From: the human T2T-CHM13v2.0 reference genome, Homo sapiens
Assembly (NCBI RefSeq): GCF_009914755.1
Contig: NC_060931.1
DNA length: 64,000 bases
Direction: 5' to 3' (one strand)
Under the pieces are notes generated by a model. That model worked only from the letters and a program-made list of their open reading frames with translations, ran no database searches and was not told where the DNA came from. This document shows positions 16,008 through 31,610 of this stretch, piece by piece (position 1 is the stretch's first letter; each line of letters begins with the position of its first letter). A program made the translations under genes and the position numbers.

Positions 16008-19000
16008 TTCAGCACAATTTTTATACATTAATCAGGATTGGGTGGCTCACCTTTAAAAAGTGCACCAATGTGCCATGACATTGAGAACCACTAGTCTTGC
16101 AGAAGTGTTTTGGAGCCCACGTTTATAGCGCTTGGCAAGAAAATAGATGGCAGAGGTGAGAGATGGGAAAAACTGAAGGGAATTTTGAGAAGTCTGGCCA
16201 ATGTCATAGACACTGTAGGAAGAGACGGGGTCATGTGAGTGGGTGGGTAGTAATCAGTTTACATGTAATGTGTTGGGCTTGATAGACCTTCAAGGTAGAA
16301 ACGCCATGTAGGCTCTTAAAAGATCGTGAGTTCAGTATAGAGAAATCAGGACTAGAGGTTAGCAATTTGTTACCTGTCTGCATAGAAATAAACTTCAAAA
16401 CTTTGGGAATAAATTATTTGCCTTGGGGAGGAGTCTAAATTGAGATTTTAAAAAAATGGGCCTATAATATTAACTAGAAGAAGGGTTGTATCTAAGAGAA
16501 GGATAGAAAAGGAGAAACCTATGAAAGAGATGGAAAAATTATAGAGGCAAGAGGAGAACCAGGAAGGTACATGCCAAGGCAGAAGACGTTTGAAGAAGAC
16601 AAAGACTAGTGGCATTAAACATTGCAAAGACCTGGAAGATTCTAGGAGGATGTCAAATAAGGAACTTTCTCATCTTCTTGGACTATTTGAAACAATGAAC
16701 AATGGTCCCTTCCCCCCAGACCCTGCGTATTTGCACATGGGATTGAATTGATCATAGATGAGATTCAGTGGATCCCCAGTTGGCAGGAATCCAAAACTAA
16801 GATTGCTGTAGGGATTTTGAAAATTTAATGCAAAAATCACAAATTTTCCAAACTTTGACTTTAAAAGATCTTAACAAAAGTGAATAAATACCACATGAAA
16901 TTTTAAAAGGTACCCAAACAAAACTAATTTCACGGATAACAGTAATATGCTTTTTGCAAACGTCATTGGAATGTTTCTATAGTTAAATGTAAAATGGACC
17001 AGGCCACATTGAGGGATTTTTTATTAGGAATAAAAGCAACAATATAAAAGAGTCTGACTAATATAAAAACTTACTATTGTAAACTTTTAAGTTTGCTCTA
17101 TTAAACTGTTAATGATGCTTTAAAAATATTACGATATAATTTAATGTCTTAAATTCTAGGTCTTCAGGTAAGATATTTTCTTTTCTCATGAAATGTTTAA
17201 AGCCCATTTTGTCAGTGAAGTGCAGCTGTGGTGTGGGGGCCTGAATGTATGCCTGAACGTATGTGTGTCTGAATGTATGGGTTTGAGTCTCACCTGGTTG
17301 CCTGGTAGCTGTGCACCACTGAGCAGACACCTTACCCTCTCTGAGCCTTCATTGTGAAGTCTGGGACAAGTCTCAGTGGTATATGCCCTTCATCCGACTT
17401 AAATGGTTGGCTGTGGGCATTAACTGGGGTGATGGGAATGGGTTAAAGGCCAAGATGTGTGTGAAAGCTGTTTGTGAACAGTGTAAATGAAATTGTTATT
17501 AAGGGCAAGAACTTGAATAGAAGAAAGTGAAGTGTATGCCATAAACCACTTTTCAGCAACTACTTCAGTGAATATATTCTTTGGGAATGATAGCTTAGTG
17601 GTTCTCATTTCTACCCTTTAATAGTTGTATGGCTTTATGTAAATTGCCTAACATTTCTATATCTCAACATCTCTATCTTCATCATGAGGCTCTTGTCAGA
17701 ATTGTAAGTTACAGCACAAAAAATTCTCAAAACATGGTCTGGGCCGTGGTCGGCACTTTAGAAATGATAGCTACTTCCACCATTGAAGTGTCATGGAATG
17801 ACTGCCTTTGCCATACTTTAAATTAAATGGACTGTATTTATGGCAATTTATTGTCAACACCTATGAAATGTGTTTATTCTGAATTTTTCTCAGGGTAGAC
17901 AATGGAAGGTCAGAAGAGGCGACTGCTGCTTTTCTGTTAAAGATGGGAAACCCTGGTACTGTTTGGGGCTTAGGAAGATGGGTTGCTCCTCTATTTTTTC
18001 TTTTCAAAGCTTCACCTGCTTAACTCGTGCCAATTTACAAACAACGAATCAGAGTGTTGTTTTCTCAGTGAGGCCCAGTTGTCCTCTGCAGTCCTTGCCA
18101 TTAAATCAGGAAGTGGCAGGTAGGAGGCAAAAATGTCAAACAAGTGACCAGTGGGCCTGCTGAGCCTGAAGCTTCTGAGTCGTCTTCATTTTAAAGAGTG
18201 TGATGTGGCCAGCATCCTGCTTTCCAGCAAACCACAGGCACTAGTGCATACCTGTGGGATTGGGCCTCCTTCTAGAAAGGGCAAGCCCAGATGAACTGGT
18301 GTGACTGGATTTGGACATGTGGGCCCTGCACATTCATACAGCCTTCTGTGCTTGGGACTAGAAGTCCTGCCAACTCCTCTAAGAGCCTGCTGCTGCTTCT
18401 TCTTGGTAATAGCATGTTCTGCCTTGTAGTGTAGTGAGTTGGGCGAATTCACGTCTTAAGGGATGGTGTCTTAAAGTGTAAGAACCTCGTCGTGGTCATC
18501 TCTGTCAGCTCCATAGCTTCAGCAAGAGGTCCACAACCTTGGGACTTGAGTGGGAGTTAGACTGGAGTTTCCTGTTTATAGTTGGGGTTGTTAACACTTG
18601 GGATAGCTCCCCCCAGAATGGAACTCCAAGTTCCAAAACATGATTCTCCCAGAAAGTTTATCACAGAAGGTCAACCTCCTCTATAAAAGACATCCTAAAT
18701 AATCATTATATAAACACTGTCTTTTTTTTGAAATGAATGTAATCACATTTGAAAATATAAGATCATATTGATATTTACATCTGCTCTTATTTGTGATAAA
18801 AGGAACATTCCCTTTTATAGAAGTAGACTGTTGTCAAAAGCAGAAATGTCCCTGACAAGGCAGGAGGTATAGACAAGGAAGGTTCTGGGGCGATCTGACT
18901 TCCACTTTCAAAAAGTCACAATGAAAAATGTCTCCCGATCCCTGGAGCTGGCATTCTCCAGTCATTTCCAGCCCCTTTCAGTGAGGCTAACTCTGAAATC

Positions 19001-19744
19001 TTGACACAAGCCTTCATGTTTATATTAGGTTTTGGATGTTAGCTCCCTTGGCTTCTGGGAGCTGACTCTGTTGAAAATTATGTTTTTCTTTTAAGGACAA
19101 AGGCCTTATTGTATGTACATGTCGTGTAGTGTAATGAGCTTTCTTTCTTTCTTTTTTTTAATGTTAGGTAATGGGTGGTACTAACCTACCTCTGCCAAAT
19201 GAGAAGTTCAAAGATTTGTAAACTGACGGGCAATTATAAGGTTTCGTGCAGGTAACTCAGCAAGAGAAGATGAGAGGGTGGGATGGGTGGCATCTTCACT
19301 GACCACAGCATGTCCCCCAAATGCCCTGCTTCAAGGGAATAGACATAACATGACTCTGAGCGAGGATATGCAGATAAATGATGGTACCCAGAGTCACTTC
19401 AAAGAGAAGGATAGAATACAAATAAGGAAAATAATGATCATTGCATTTTAACTTATGAAAACACGCCTTTCCAAAACAACTCTTGTATGCTTGGTCACAT
19501 AGATAATATTTGACCAGATGATTTTTCATGGCTGCTAATGCTGTCGGCATAGGGCAAGCACCCTATTTTTAGACGCTGTGTGGTCAGTTGGCCACTCTGG
19601 TGGCACTACTGGCCTCTTTGGCTGTGGGTGACCTCAGAAAGGCTATTTTTAGTAGGGACAGCTTGGCCCATGGAAAGGAGGTATGAAAACCCAAAGCTGC
19701 TCTTCCATTTCTTTGGGCCTCTATAAGAAACATTTTTAGCATCT

Positions 19745-19883
19745 TTTATTTTTATTTTTATTTTTTGTAGAGACAGGGTCTCACTATCACCAGGGCTGAC
19801 CTCAAACTCCTGGCCTCAAGCGATCCTCCTGCCTTGGCCTCCCAAAGTGCTGGGATTACATGAGTGAGCCACCACACCTGGCT
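19745..19883 (-). mobile_element. Alu monomer (FLAM_C-like)
   Basis: Single left-arm monomer with T-rich tail. Confidence 0.85.
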
Positions 19884-21666
19884 AGGATCTTGATCTTAAT
19901 TTCTTCCCCCTTTCTCCTTTTAAAAACCTATTTTCTGAGGTTCCTCTTTGAGGCATGTCTATGGACTGTAGCAATAACATTAATGAATGACATTTTAATT
20001 CTTCGCCATGTTGATTGCTCCATGTCTTATTAAGAGATACTGGGGGACCCAGTTTCCATTATTTTCTAATTGAACAGCGCCATTTGTGCCAAGATACTAA
20101 AATTGCTCCCCCTTTGCTCAGAGGGCAGAGGCTGCTCCACATCAGTGGCCTGTGGGGCTTGCAGCTTCTGCCTCCAGTAAAGCCTGCCTCATTCTGTTCC
20201 TTTACTGCCCAGAAATTCATGAATTCCAGAGACACTCACAGCCTGCTGGGTCTCTCCTGCTTTGTGGATTTATGGTGTAAAAGCAGTAGCATCAAGACAT
20301 TCACATAGCAGTGTTTTTTTTGGTCTCAGGGGAACACTCTTTTCCTGAATGAGAGAACATGAAAGATGAAGCAGATATTCTCTCACTTGGGAGCCGCTAT
20401 GCCAAAACAGTTAAGGTCTTGCCATGGGCTTCTGTTTATGCCCCTTGGGGGGAATGGGGCCCATTAGACTTGAGTTGTGGTAATTTCCTGTTTTCAAGCA
20501 CATGTGAAACAATGATTCTGGTGCCCAGTGGGACCCACCAGAGGTCAGCTAGCCGCAGCTCCATTAGCACATAGATGAGTACCAGGATGAAATTCCTTGT
20601 CCCTTAGAGGTGACTCAAATGAGAAGTTGTGGAAGAGCTGGCTGGCAGGGAAGGGGGCAGGAATCTACCCTTTTTGTGCATCTCATTAGTCTGGGGTGGC
20701 TTCTGTTGGAGGAACCAGCCCTTTTATCTCCCTGCTGGGATGTGCTGGAAATGCATGTACCAGATGGTGTTGCTTCCTTTTCCTCCATGGGTGCACGTGT
20801 GTGGGGGGGAATTGTTAAAAACTGTGAATTTTTTTCTGTTTCATGTAAACCATATACTGACCAAGGGCAAAAAAAATTTTCTTAAATTACTTTGCATGTT
20901 AATGGGTCATGTTACAGAAATCTGGAGTCCCTAGATTTTGGAGTTATGAAATTTTTGATAGTTGTCTGATGTTGACCTATAGGAGCAGCAGTTTTATGTG
21001 GTTCAACCTAATGTATGCTTTGAGGACTTTTAGACTTTTTCAAGGGAGATATTTATCCTCCAGGTTATTGCAAGGGATATATAATCCTCCAGGTTATTGC
21101 GATGTACCTGAATGAGGGGGTATTTAAATTCAGAGTGAATTTGCACTGGGTTCATAAACTAAAGCCAAAATGTGGTGTCATAGTAAAATGCCTCTCAATC
21201 TGTGAACCTCCAACTCTGAATTAATGGGATCTTCTGTATATCCTCAAGACCCCTCTGAGGGTGGTGGGACAGTGGTGGAGGGAGGGGAGAAGCAGTGCTC
21301 AGGTTAGGTGGGGAGCACATGGTAGGAGCTCTGCAGGAAATGTGGGAATGGCATTGCAGGACTGGAGTAAGCAAATGATTGATTGATGGTCATTAAACTC
21401 AGCACACATTTATTGAGCATTTATGTTAATAATATCCTGAGGCACTGCAAGACAGGAGCAATGCTTTTTACATGAACAGAAGGGGATTAAATTATGGTTG
21501 AGATAGTTTTGAAGTTAGATGTCTTTTATTGCTTTGAAGTTCTTTGAAAATTGATTAACTTATGCAAGCCAGAGATATTAACTCTTGTTTGGAATATTCG
21601 ATTAGTCAGAGCAACCTGTTAGTCCTTGACTGTGCTAGATTTTATAAGGTTATGTATCTGTGTACA

Positions 21667-21704
<38 letters not shown>
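21667..21704. repeat. (TATC)9 tetranucleotide STR
   Basis: Perfect run. Confidence 0.97.
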
Positions 21705-21705
<1 letters not shown>

Positions 21706-22029
21706 ATGTATTTATATAACATTTGGATAATGGTTTTAGTTTGGAAACTACCCTCTATCATTAGAATCTTAGATGAAAGTGTGAATGAATGTGTGATGAA
21801 ACTAATAGTTGTGTATGTGTGCTGGGGGCCCATAAAATGGAGCCTGAACACTAGTGACAAGGGGCACACAATTCTGTTGCCCGATCTATCCCCTTCCCTG
21901 GGCCTCTGCCCCTTCCTCCCTCAAGTAGCCAATTTGGCTACTTGTCTTCTCTCACACAGTTGTAGGTCGTTAACAAGTCAGTGGTTAGAATTTTGCCTTT
22001 AGTTTCTTCTGTTCTCCCACCAGGGGCCC

Positions 22030-22545
<516 letters not shown>

Positions 22546-23531
22546 TTCCACCTGACATGTAATGGAAAGAGAAGGGTATATGAATATAAACATAAACATA
22601 TATGTTTATATTTAAATCTTGGTTAGGTACAGTTGAAATTCTGTTATTGGTGTAAAACTTTATAATAGGTCAACTACCGTTTACGTAATGTTGCTTTCGT
22701 GGAACTTTTACACAATTATCTTGCACATTAGCTGTCTTTATTGAAGTGTTCTTTTCCTATTCATGTCATCTTTATCAAACCTCCTTTAGTCACCCAATCA
22801 GAATGAACTCACTTGTTCCTTGAAGACTTTATATTGGTTACTTTTTTATTATAACCCTTACTCCTCTCTCCTCTAGATTTTTATTGATTAGTTACATGAC
22901 TTTCTCTTCTACTGGACTTGAAGCTTCTTCAGGGTAGGAATAGCGTCTAATTCTCATGATCAAAATATCTAGAACAGCGCCTTGCAAACTTTAATCTTAA
23001 TAGCTATTTTGCGAACAAACAGTGTATTCATAAGCTGGGGATAGTCCAAACTTCATTTTCCTCAAAGCCACCCTGTGAGGTAGCGCTGGCATTCTTAAGA
23101 AACCAGTTTCATAGTTGAGCTCATTAAGGCTCAGAAAAGAAAAAGCAAGGCGAAAGTCCTACTGCAATCAGCGAGAGTTGGGACTGCAATTCAAGTACCA
23201 GAATTCTGTCCAATCCCAGGCAGAGTCCACAGAGCTCTCTTTCAGAGAATGCCACCTAACCACAAGGGTTGAGAGAATACCCCCCGGGGTCAGTGAGAGA
23301 GACCCAGCAAATAGCTTCCCTGGGGATTATGTTTTCAACAGTCCTTGCAGTCTAGTTAGGTAGGGTCCTGCCTGGCGCCTTTGGGTGGGACAGGCTGACC
23401 CGCTGGGCTGCTGCCAGTCTCTTCATGGGATGGATTCCCACAGGGATACGCTCTGTTTCCTGTGGTCTTTCTGGGATGGGTAGCAGCTGCAGGACGAAGC
23501 TGACGTGACGTTATGTTTGTTGCTTCTTCAG

Positions 23532-23645
23532 CATGAGCCAACTAGATGGAGCAATCTGACACAAAACCCAGGGTTTTATGACTGACCTAGTGCGCCAGCT
23601 GCATCTGGAGGAACCAGACGCAAACAACGCAGAGTTGAGGGCCAG
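23532..23645 (+). other. Candidate cassette (poison) exon in BMPER intron 2
   Basis: Branch-like CTGAC at ~23500, tract ttatgtttgttgcttcttcag|, donor CAG|gtgaag, in-frame TGA at 23583-23585. Confidence 0.5.
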
Positions 23646-24212
23646 GTGAAGCGGGATCCAGCTCCCCACTTCACCCCAACCCCTTCGACTCCTCAAAACC
23701 TCTGCAAGAAGCTATTTCCTTCGGCTGGCAACTTACAGCCAGCAGGTCCCTTCCTCGTGCAGAATAAAGCCATTCTGGGAAATTTTAGTTTTCTTCTCTC
23801 CCTTTTGCTGCCCTGTTTCTGCCCACACCTTTCTTTCCCTGCTGAGGGAGAGTGTAAAGTCAAGCCGACCAGGCTCTGATTCCCATCACCTTCACAGAAT
23901 TCTGGTCATGTTGCTGGACAGTTTCCCATGCTTTAAATGGGAATCCTTTAAACTTATTTTTTTTGAATTAGCCTGGCATTCCATTGTTCCAGGGATTCAT
24001 CTCCATCCTTAGTATTTTTTACCATGTTATTTTCTTTCTTTGTCATTAGTGCAGAAATTCCATGATGTCACCATTCCCCAAGTTTTGTGTCTAGTTTTTC
24101 TGTCTCAGCTTTTAATTCTTGAGTTCAGCCTGATACTGAAATATACAAAAGGCATTACAGCAGGCTGGCTGTTCCTCCTCCACGCAGCATGGCAGTTAGA
24201 CATTTGCAGGGA

Positions 24213-24415
24213 CGAGCTTGTCCAACTCACCTTATTTTATTGTTGTTGTTGTTCTGTTTTGTTTTGTATTAGGCTTTTAGAATCCTGAAGTCATGGTTTT
24301 TAGTTTCCGTCTCTAGTGATAAGCAGAAAAGAGGGATGAGGAAGGGGCTTTACTGGCCCAACCAGAAAGAGAAACTAAGAACCCATGACTGTATTCTCTC
24401 CCTTGGACACCCCTC
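24213..24415 (-). mobile_element. MER107/MER30-family hAT MITE
   Basis: Ends cgagcttgtccaa... and ...ttggacacccct match MER30-family termini. Internal inverted repeat 24289-24307 / 24371-24390. Confidence 0.75.
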
Positions 24416-25579
24416 AGTGTGCCACATGGAACTAGGCAAAACTGGATGATCTGGTGGAGAACTGGTGGAGACCCACCTGTGATCTTGATCAAAGGCTCAA
24501 GAGAGGGATTGCTGGGGTTAGCTAACGGGCTAGCTTGGAGCAGTGTCAAGTGTTCAGGTGGGGGTTAGTAAATATTTTTTTTTTACTAATGATGATGTGC
24601 TGATATAATTTAGCCTGGTGAAGATGATATCCAGGGGAAACTTTAACAACCTTCTAATATGTGGGAAGGAAATATTATGTTGAAAGTACAGAGAGGAGTA
24701 CTAATCCCAAAATTGCAACACATTGCTAGCTTGTTTCTCCATTGACCTCTGTCTCTTACTCGCTTCCAGAGTGAGTCCCAAGATGGTTGTGGGGTCTTGG
24801 CTTCTCTGCTTCTTGGCCAGTGCCTGCCTGTATGTGTAGACTCTTCCCTAGATCCTTGGATCCTAGTTACCCTGCTGTAGATGAGTATCACGGTCCTAGT
24901 TTTGAGCCACATTTTTTGGCATGAGACATTATAAGAGGCCTCTGACTGTGGACTCTGTTCTCTCCCAGGCTTTGGCTTCAGGACTCAGTATAACAGAGAA
25001 GAAAAACTTAAATTGAGAGATTTTCCCTTTCCCTTTCTTTCTATTACTCCCAAGTGTTTAATGTCCCCTCCGCCACACACACCCGTCTGTAATACTCACC
25101 CAGCCTTTGGTCACTAAGCTCTAGTGGGTCTGTGCCCTCTTCTGTGGGGACATTGGTCCTAGACCTTTTCCCTGGAATTCTTAGGTCTTCTAGCCAACCA
25201 GAATTTTCCTAAACTTAAGTCAAATCAGATTTCCTCTGAGACTTAGGTTGGAAGGTGTGATAATTAGTAGTAGTGGGAGTAAGGAGTGGCCAGCAGTAGT
25301 CTAGGCAGCCTCTCCTGTGAGCCTCAAATAGTGGGTAGCAACCCTCCCATCCTGGGGTATCTTGGTCCCTAAAATACCTGGCACAGTGGCAGGTGCTGAT
25401 AGAAGGTGACCTCTGGTGGTCACTGAATTAATGTAATGACCGCAGCCAGGGTCACTTACAGTTGTTCATGCACACATTTATGTGTCTATGTGGGTAAGGA
25501 CTCACATATGGCGCTCTCTCAGCATTTATGTGATGGACTTATAAGCATTATGTTTTATTGGTTTATTTTTCTTTTTGGT

Positions 25580-26960
<1,381 letters not shown>

Positions 26961-29900
26961 CTTTGCCATTGGGTTTAATTTTTTGATTTGGTAATTTGAA
27001 GATCTAACTATTTCTCTTCCCCAAAATAAATGATGAACTTTTCTTTGTACTCTAAACTTTGCTTTTTCGGTCATGATGACTTGCCCTTTTCGTAGCTTAC
27101 ATTATTTTGGGTATCATGTTTGATGGTGGGAAAACTAAACAAATCCACTGAAAGATGAAAAGTTGTCTCCAATGAACACTAATGTAATCATAACAAACTG
27201 TGCAATGAGCAATATAATTCTAGAATAAAATTATTTCCTATAGAAAACTGGTTTTTAAAAATAGATATTACCACTCATGGTGGACTTGGTAGCATGATAA
27301 TTATTGGTTTTAGAATGTAAGTTAAAATCCAGTATGTTATGTTTTATATTTTACCTAAAACATAGATGAAAGACTAGCAAAGTGTGTTAAATATTACAAT
27401 TTCATAGAGCAAGAAAATCGTGGCACAAGATAAGCACCCCTTATTTTCCTGTGATATATGTGAAACAAACTGTTCTACTGCTCAAAATGCCAAGTGAGGT
27501 TGCTACACTTCACTTGGAGTGCACTGGAATGTCATCAAAGAAGGAGATTCATTTGTGAATTGTCAATCCCAAAACGCTGACAGATGTAGGTCAAATTCTG
27601 TCTCAGTGAGATAATTGTATAACAGAACTTTTTAAAGGCTCATTTCAGTGGGCCACGTAGTGTCTAAAGAACCAGGAGACTTTGGATGATTTCAAGGAGT
27701 TTGTGGCAGTGGAATTTGGTCAAAACTGACGATTCCTGCCTCGCGTCTGAGCTTCTCTGAGCTGGTAACCAGCACTTCTTGCCCCTCATGTTGCAACATG
27801 GGAGGTGCCTGTGCTGTGTTTATGCTTTAGTCTCTCTCCCTCTTGGATTGTAAGCTCTTCTAGGGCAGAAGATGTGTCTGATTCATATTTTCTGTTCCCA
27901 TCAAAACCTGGCATAGTACCTGGCCTGCCATAGGGGCTCAAAAATATTAGTTAAACAGATTCGTGTATTTTTGGTCAGATAGATCTGAAATCTGCAGTGA
28001 TTAACCTGCAGAAAAACCCAAGTTTATAGCCCCATGCCACATGTTTCTAATAGCCATTTGTTTTTCTGCAGAAATTTTTGCCTTATTTTAGATATGCTAA
28101 AGCTTCTGGAAGCCGTTTTGTGATGGAACCCTTGTTAAAATTAATGATTAAGGGTTCTAATTATGGTTGATATTTTCCTTTAAAAAATGGGCACATGTTG
28201 TGAATCCCTTCAGCAACAAGTTTATGTTGATAATGTTTTGTGTGTAATTGGCCACTCTCGTTTCTTTATAACACCTTAATCTCAGAAATGGATTATTTGC
28301 AAATCTGGCTTTCTTTGATGGTTTAATGAGTTTGCAAATGGACACTAGTGGATTAAAATTACATTCTAAACTGAGGAAATAAATCTGTGGCTTCTCCAGT
28401 TTTTTTCTGACATCTGCATGTGATCCTTGGGAAAGCTTTGGTGAAGAGAACACAGTGCTAATGGCCTTGGTGAATGAGTCAGACAAACCTTAGCTCACAG
28501 AATTGCCTTCATACAGGGGACGCTGTCCAAGGCTGACATTTTCAGTTCTGCGAACTTCTAGCCAGCTAGAGAGCTCCTATTCCCTTGCTTCCCTACCTGA
28601 CATTACTTGGGCTAACTGGACAACCTCTGTAGTTGGTACCAACGTAAATATAGCCTGGGAGCAGAGATCTTTCCAGCAACTGAGATGTCACCCCGCTCTT
28701 ACTGTTACCCAGAGGGAGGACTGCAGGATCCAGCTCTAAAGCTGATCGGCTTTTCATCCCGGGGGGACCTTTGAAAGGCTCTGTGATTGCTGGTGGTCAG
28801 GGTCAATTGTGCAGATGTCTTTAAGAGTGTCTCACTGGTGACCAGAAAGTTACTTTGTCAAAATGACAGATGGGCTGTGAGCGGCTCCTCCGCCCTGCCT
28901 AATCCCATGGATGTCAGCTCCATTTACTTGTCAAGATCAGGTATTTTTGTAACTCCCAACAGCACGTGGGCTTTCACGGGGCAATCTGTGAAAAATCTTC
29001 TGTTTCATTGGCTCTGTGGCTTGTTGTTGACCCACAGGAATGAGAGACACCTGAGGACCTGGTGGGTTCACTGTAGGTACGTTATCCAGGAAGGAGACAT
29101 GCGCTGATGACAAGAGTGACAACCTTCCAGGGCTGGCCTCACAGAGATATGGTTTTGCCACCACCAATTGCCAAGGGAATCTAAGATATTTTGTTTCTGT
29201 GATTTGTACATGCTCACTCTTCTTCTACCCTTGACAGAGAGTCATTTCTGTGCATATTTAAAAGGTCCATTGAGTCATCTTTCTTTTGATACCAGACAGC
29301 CCATCTTCCTATATTGCAGTAAGTCAAGAAAGGGGCTGTCAAAATAATATCTCCAGCTATCACCTTCTTTAATGTCAGGTCTCGAGCTTTCCTATGGAGT
29401 TACCTAATATTATTACCACTTTTAAACTCTTTACCCCCACTCCCCACTCCCTCCAAAATCCCTACCAACCTGGCCAGAAGATTCTGCACTGTCACCCCAG
29501 GACTGGAAAGCCCCAATAATGCCTTCTGAGCCCCGGATCCTACAGGTAGTTGGAGTTGGACCCCCAAAATGTGGTTCATCATCTTCTACTTAGTTCAAAA
29601 GAACTCACCAGAAAGGTATAAAAATATTCATAGAGTTTCATCACCCCTTTCCTTTTTGTTTTCCTTTTGGGCAGAGGAAGAAGCAGATTTATTATTCATC
29701 ATGTGCTGAAGGGCGCCCAGCAGTGTAAAATAACCAGAGGTGTTGAGGAAGCAGCCTGGCCTCCTGCGTGTGAAGCTGCATTGCTTTGCAGGGCTTCCTT
29801 CTCCTTCACCCCTGGCCTGCAGATTCTTCCCAGGAGTCTTTTGGAAGTGTTCTCTGCCGCACCGACCCCATCCCACATCCCAGCTGTTGGAGTCTCTTCT

Positions 29901-31369
29901 GTTAGGAAGAGAGAAGGGTTGACTGAGGCATTTGGGCCCAGTAAAGGCAGGACGCCACCATGAACCCTCTCGGTTCACATGCCTGGCAGAGTGAGTTGCA
30001 ACCTACCTGTTGGTTTTTTGTTTGCTTTTGGGAACTGAGCACGGTGGCAGAGCTGCATCTGTGACAGGGCCCACGGGGCTCGATCCCTGGCTCTGCGTGT
30101 TCCCTCCATTCCAGTTACACAAATGTGCTGTTGCCAGCAGACCCTTTGCTTATACGACGCGCAGTCTAATAAAAAACAGGCAGTGCTACTCTCTTTTGGG
30201 CTACTATTTTTATTTGGTGGTTGTTTTTTTTTGTGTTCTGCCATCTCTAATGTTTTGGTTCCATTTCAAAATATGATTAAACAGAATGAGGAGCTGTTTG
30301 ACACTGCCCTGTTTTAAATCAGACTTCTACTTGAGCAGCCAGGACACTCTAATGGCCTGTGTTTCTTTGTTCCGTGAGTTTCTTGAAAAAGCCAAAAAAA
30401 AAAAAAAAAAAAAAAGCCAGACCTAAATCCTTAAACAGAATAGGACCCAAAACAATCCCTCCAACAAACTAAAGCCCATTAAAAAAAAATGGAATAGTTA
30501 GGTAACGTAAATATCAGAAGGGCCTCCTTATTAATCCCCCATTGCCTCTGCTGGCACGTGTCATATTTTCAAGGTATAGGATCAGGAGAACACTGTCATT
30601 TAGTGATGTATTAGGGCCATATATCATCAGAACATCGTCTTTGTAGGGGATATGGGTACTAAAAGACACGATTCTGGCCAGACAGAACCTCAGGGGGTCT
30701 TACTTCTTTCCTCCACCCCCCTGCCTTTTTCTTTAATCTCCCTCTGTTTTGTGTTGCAGAGAAGTGAATTTCTTCATGGGATATGACTTGTTGCAAAATA
30801 ATCGGGGGGCCCCAGTGGGCTTCATAAAGTCTTTTTAAATGTTCGGGCTTCAAGGGCAGCTTTGTTCAGAGTTTGCACTGTGAGCTGGGCCGGAGGAGGC
30901 GTGTTTGCCAGGGCCTGGGTCTCTGGGGTAAAGACTCGTTGAGCCTAGACAGGAGGGAAAAAGAATAACACTCCCAGATGGAGTGCAATGAATTGCATGA
31001 TGTTCTTGCAAGACATTTTAACATTAAGTCTACAAAATTATGGCCGTGGGATGCTGCAAGCCTCCCAAGAGAGTACACTCTTCTGCTCAAATCAAAGAAG
31101 AAATGAGAGGACTTGGCAGGTTCGGGTCCAGGTTTTGGTCAGCCTTGCAAATGACCAGGCACTCAGAGACTGGGACTTGTTTTGAGTTTTTAAGTCAGAG
31201 ATTTAATCTGTCTTTCCTAAAAGGCATTATTTTTACTTCTGTGTTCAGAATGAAACCATAAAGCACCAAGGTTTATAAAGGTCTGAAAATGGGGTGCTCA
31301 ACAAAGGCAAACATTTAAATTCTTAGCTGCAAGGGAAAGGTGGCTCACTTAGCCTCTAAATGAAGCTAT

Positions 31370-31610
31370 ATAGCATAGTGATGAAATCATAGGCTTTGAT
31401 ATCAGAGTCCTGGGTTTGAATCTCTGCCCTGGCTAGCTATGTAAACCTGGGTGAGCCGTTTAACCTCTCCGTGCCTCAGTTTACTTACCTATAAGATGTG
31501 ATGGGAAGTAAATCAGTGCCTTCTTCAGGCTTGTTTGCAAGGGTTAAATGACAAAATACACAAAACATTTTCAGCATGGTGGGGCATATAATAGATTTCC
31601 TATAAATGTC
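31370..31610 (+). mobile_element. MIR
   Basis: cctgggtttgaatctctgcc...taacctctccgtgcctcagttt...gggttaaatga. Confidence 0.85.

Noticed and set aside
24289-24390. Hairpin resembling a pre-miRNA
   Set aside because: Explained by the internal inverted repeat of a MER107/MER30-family MITE; the loop is long.
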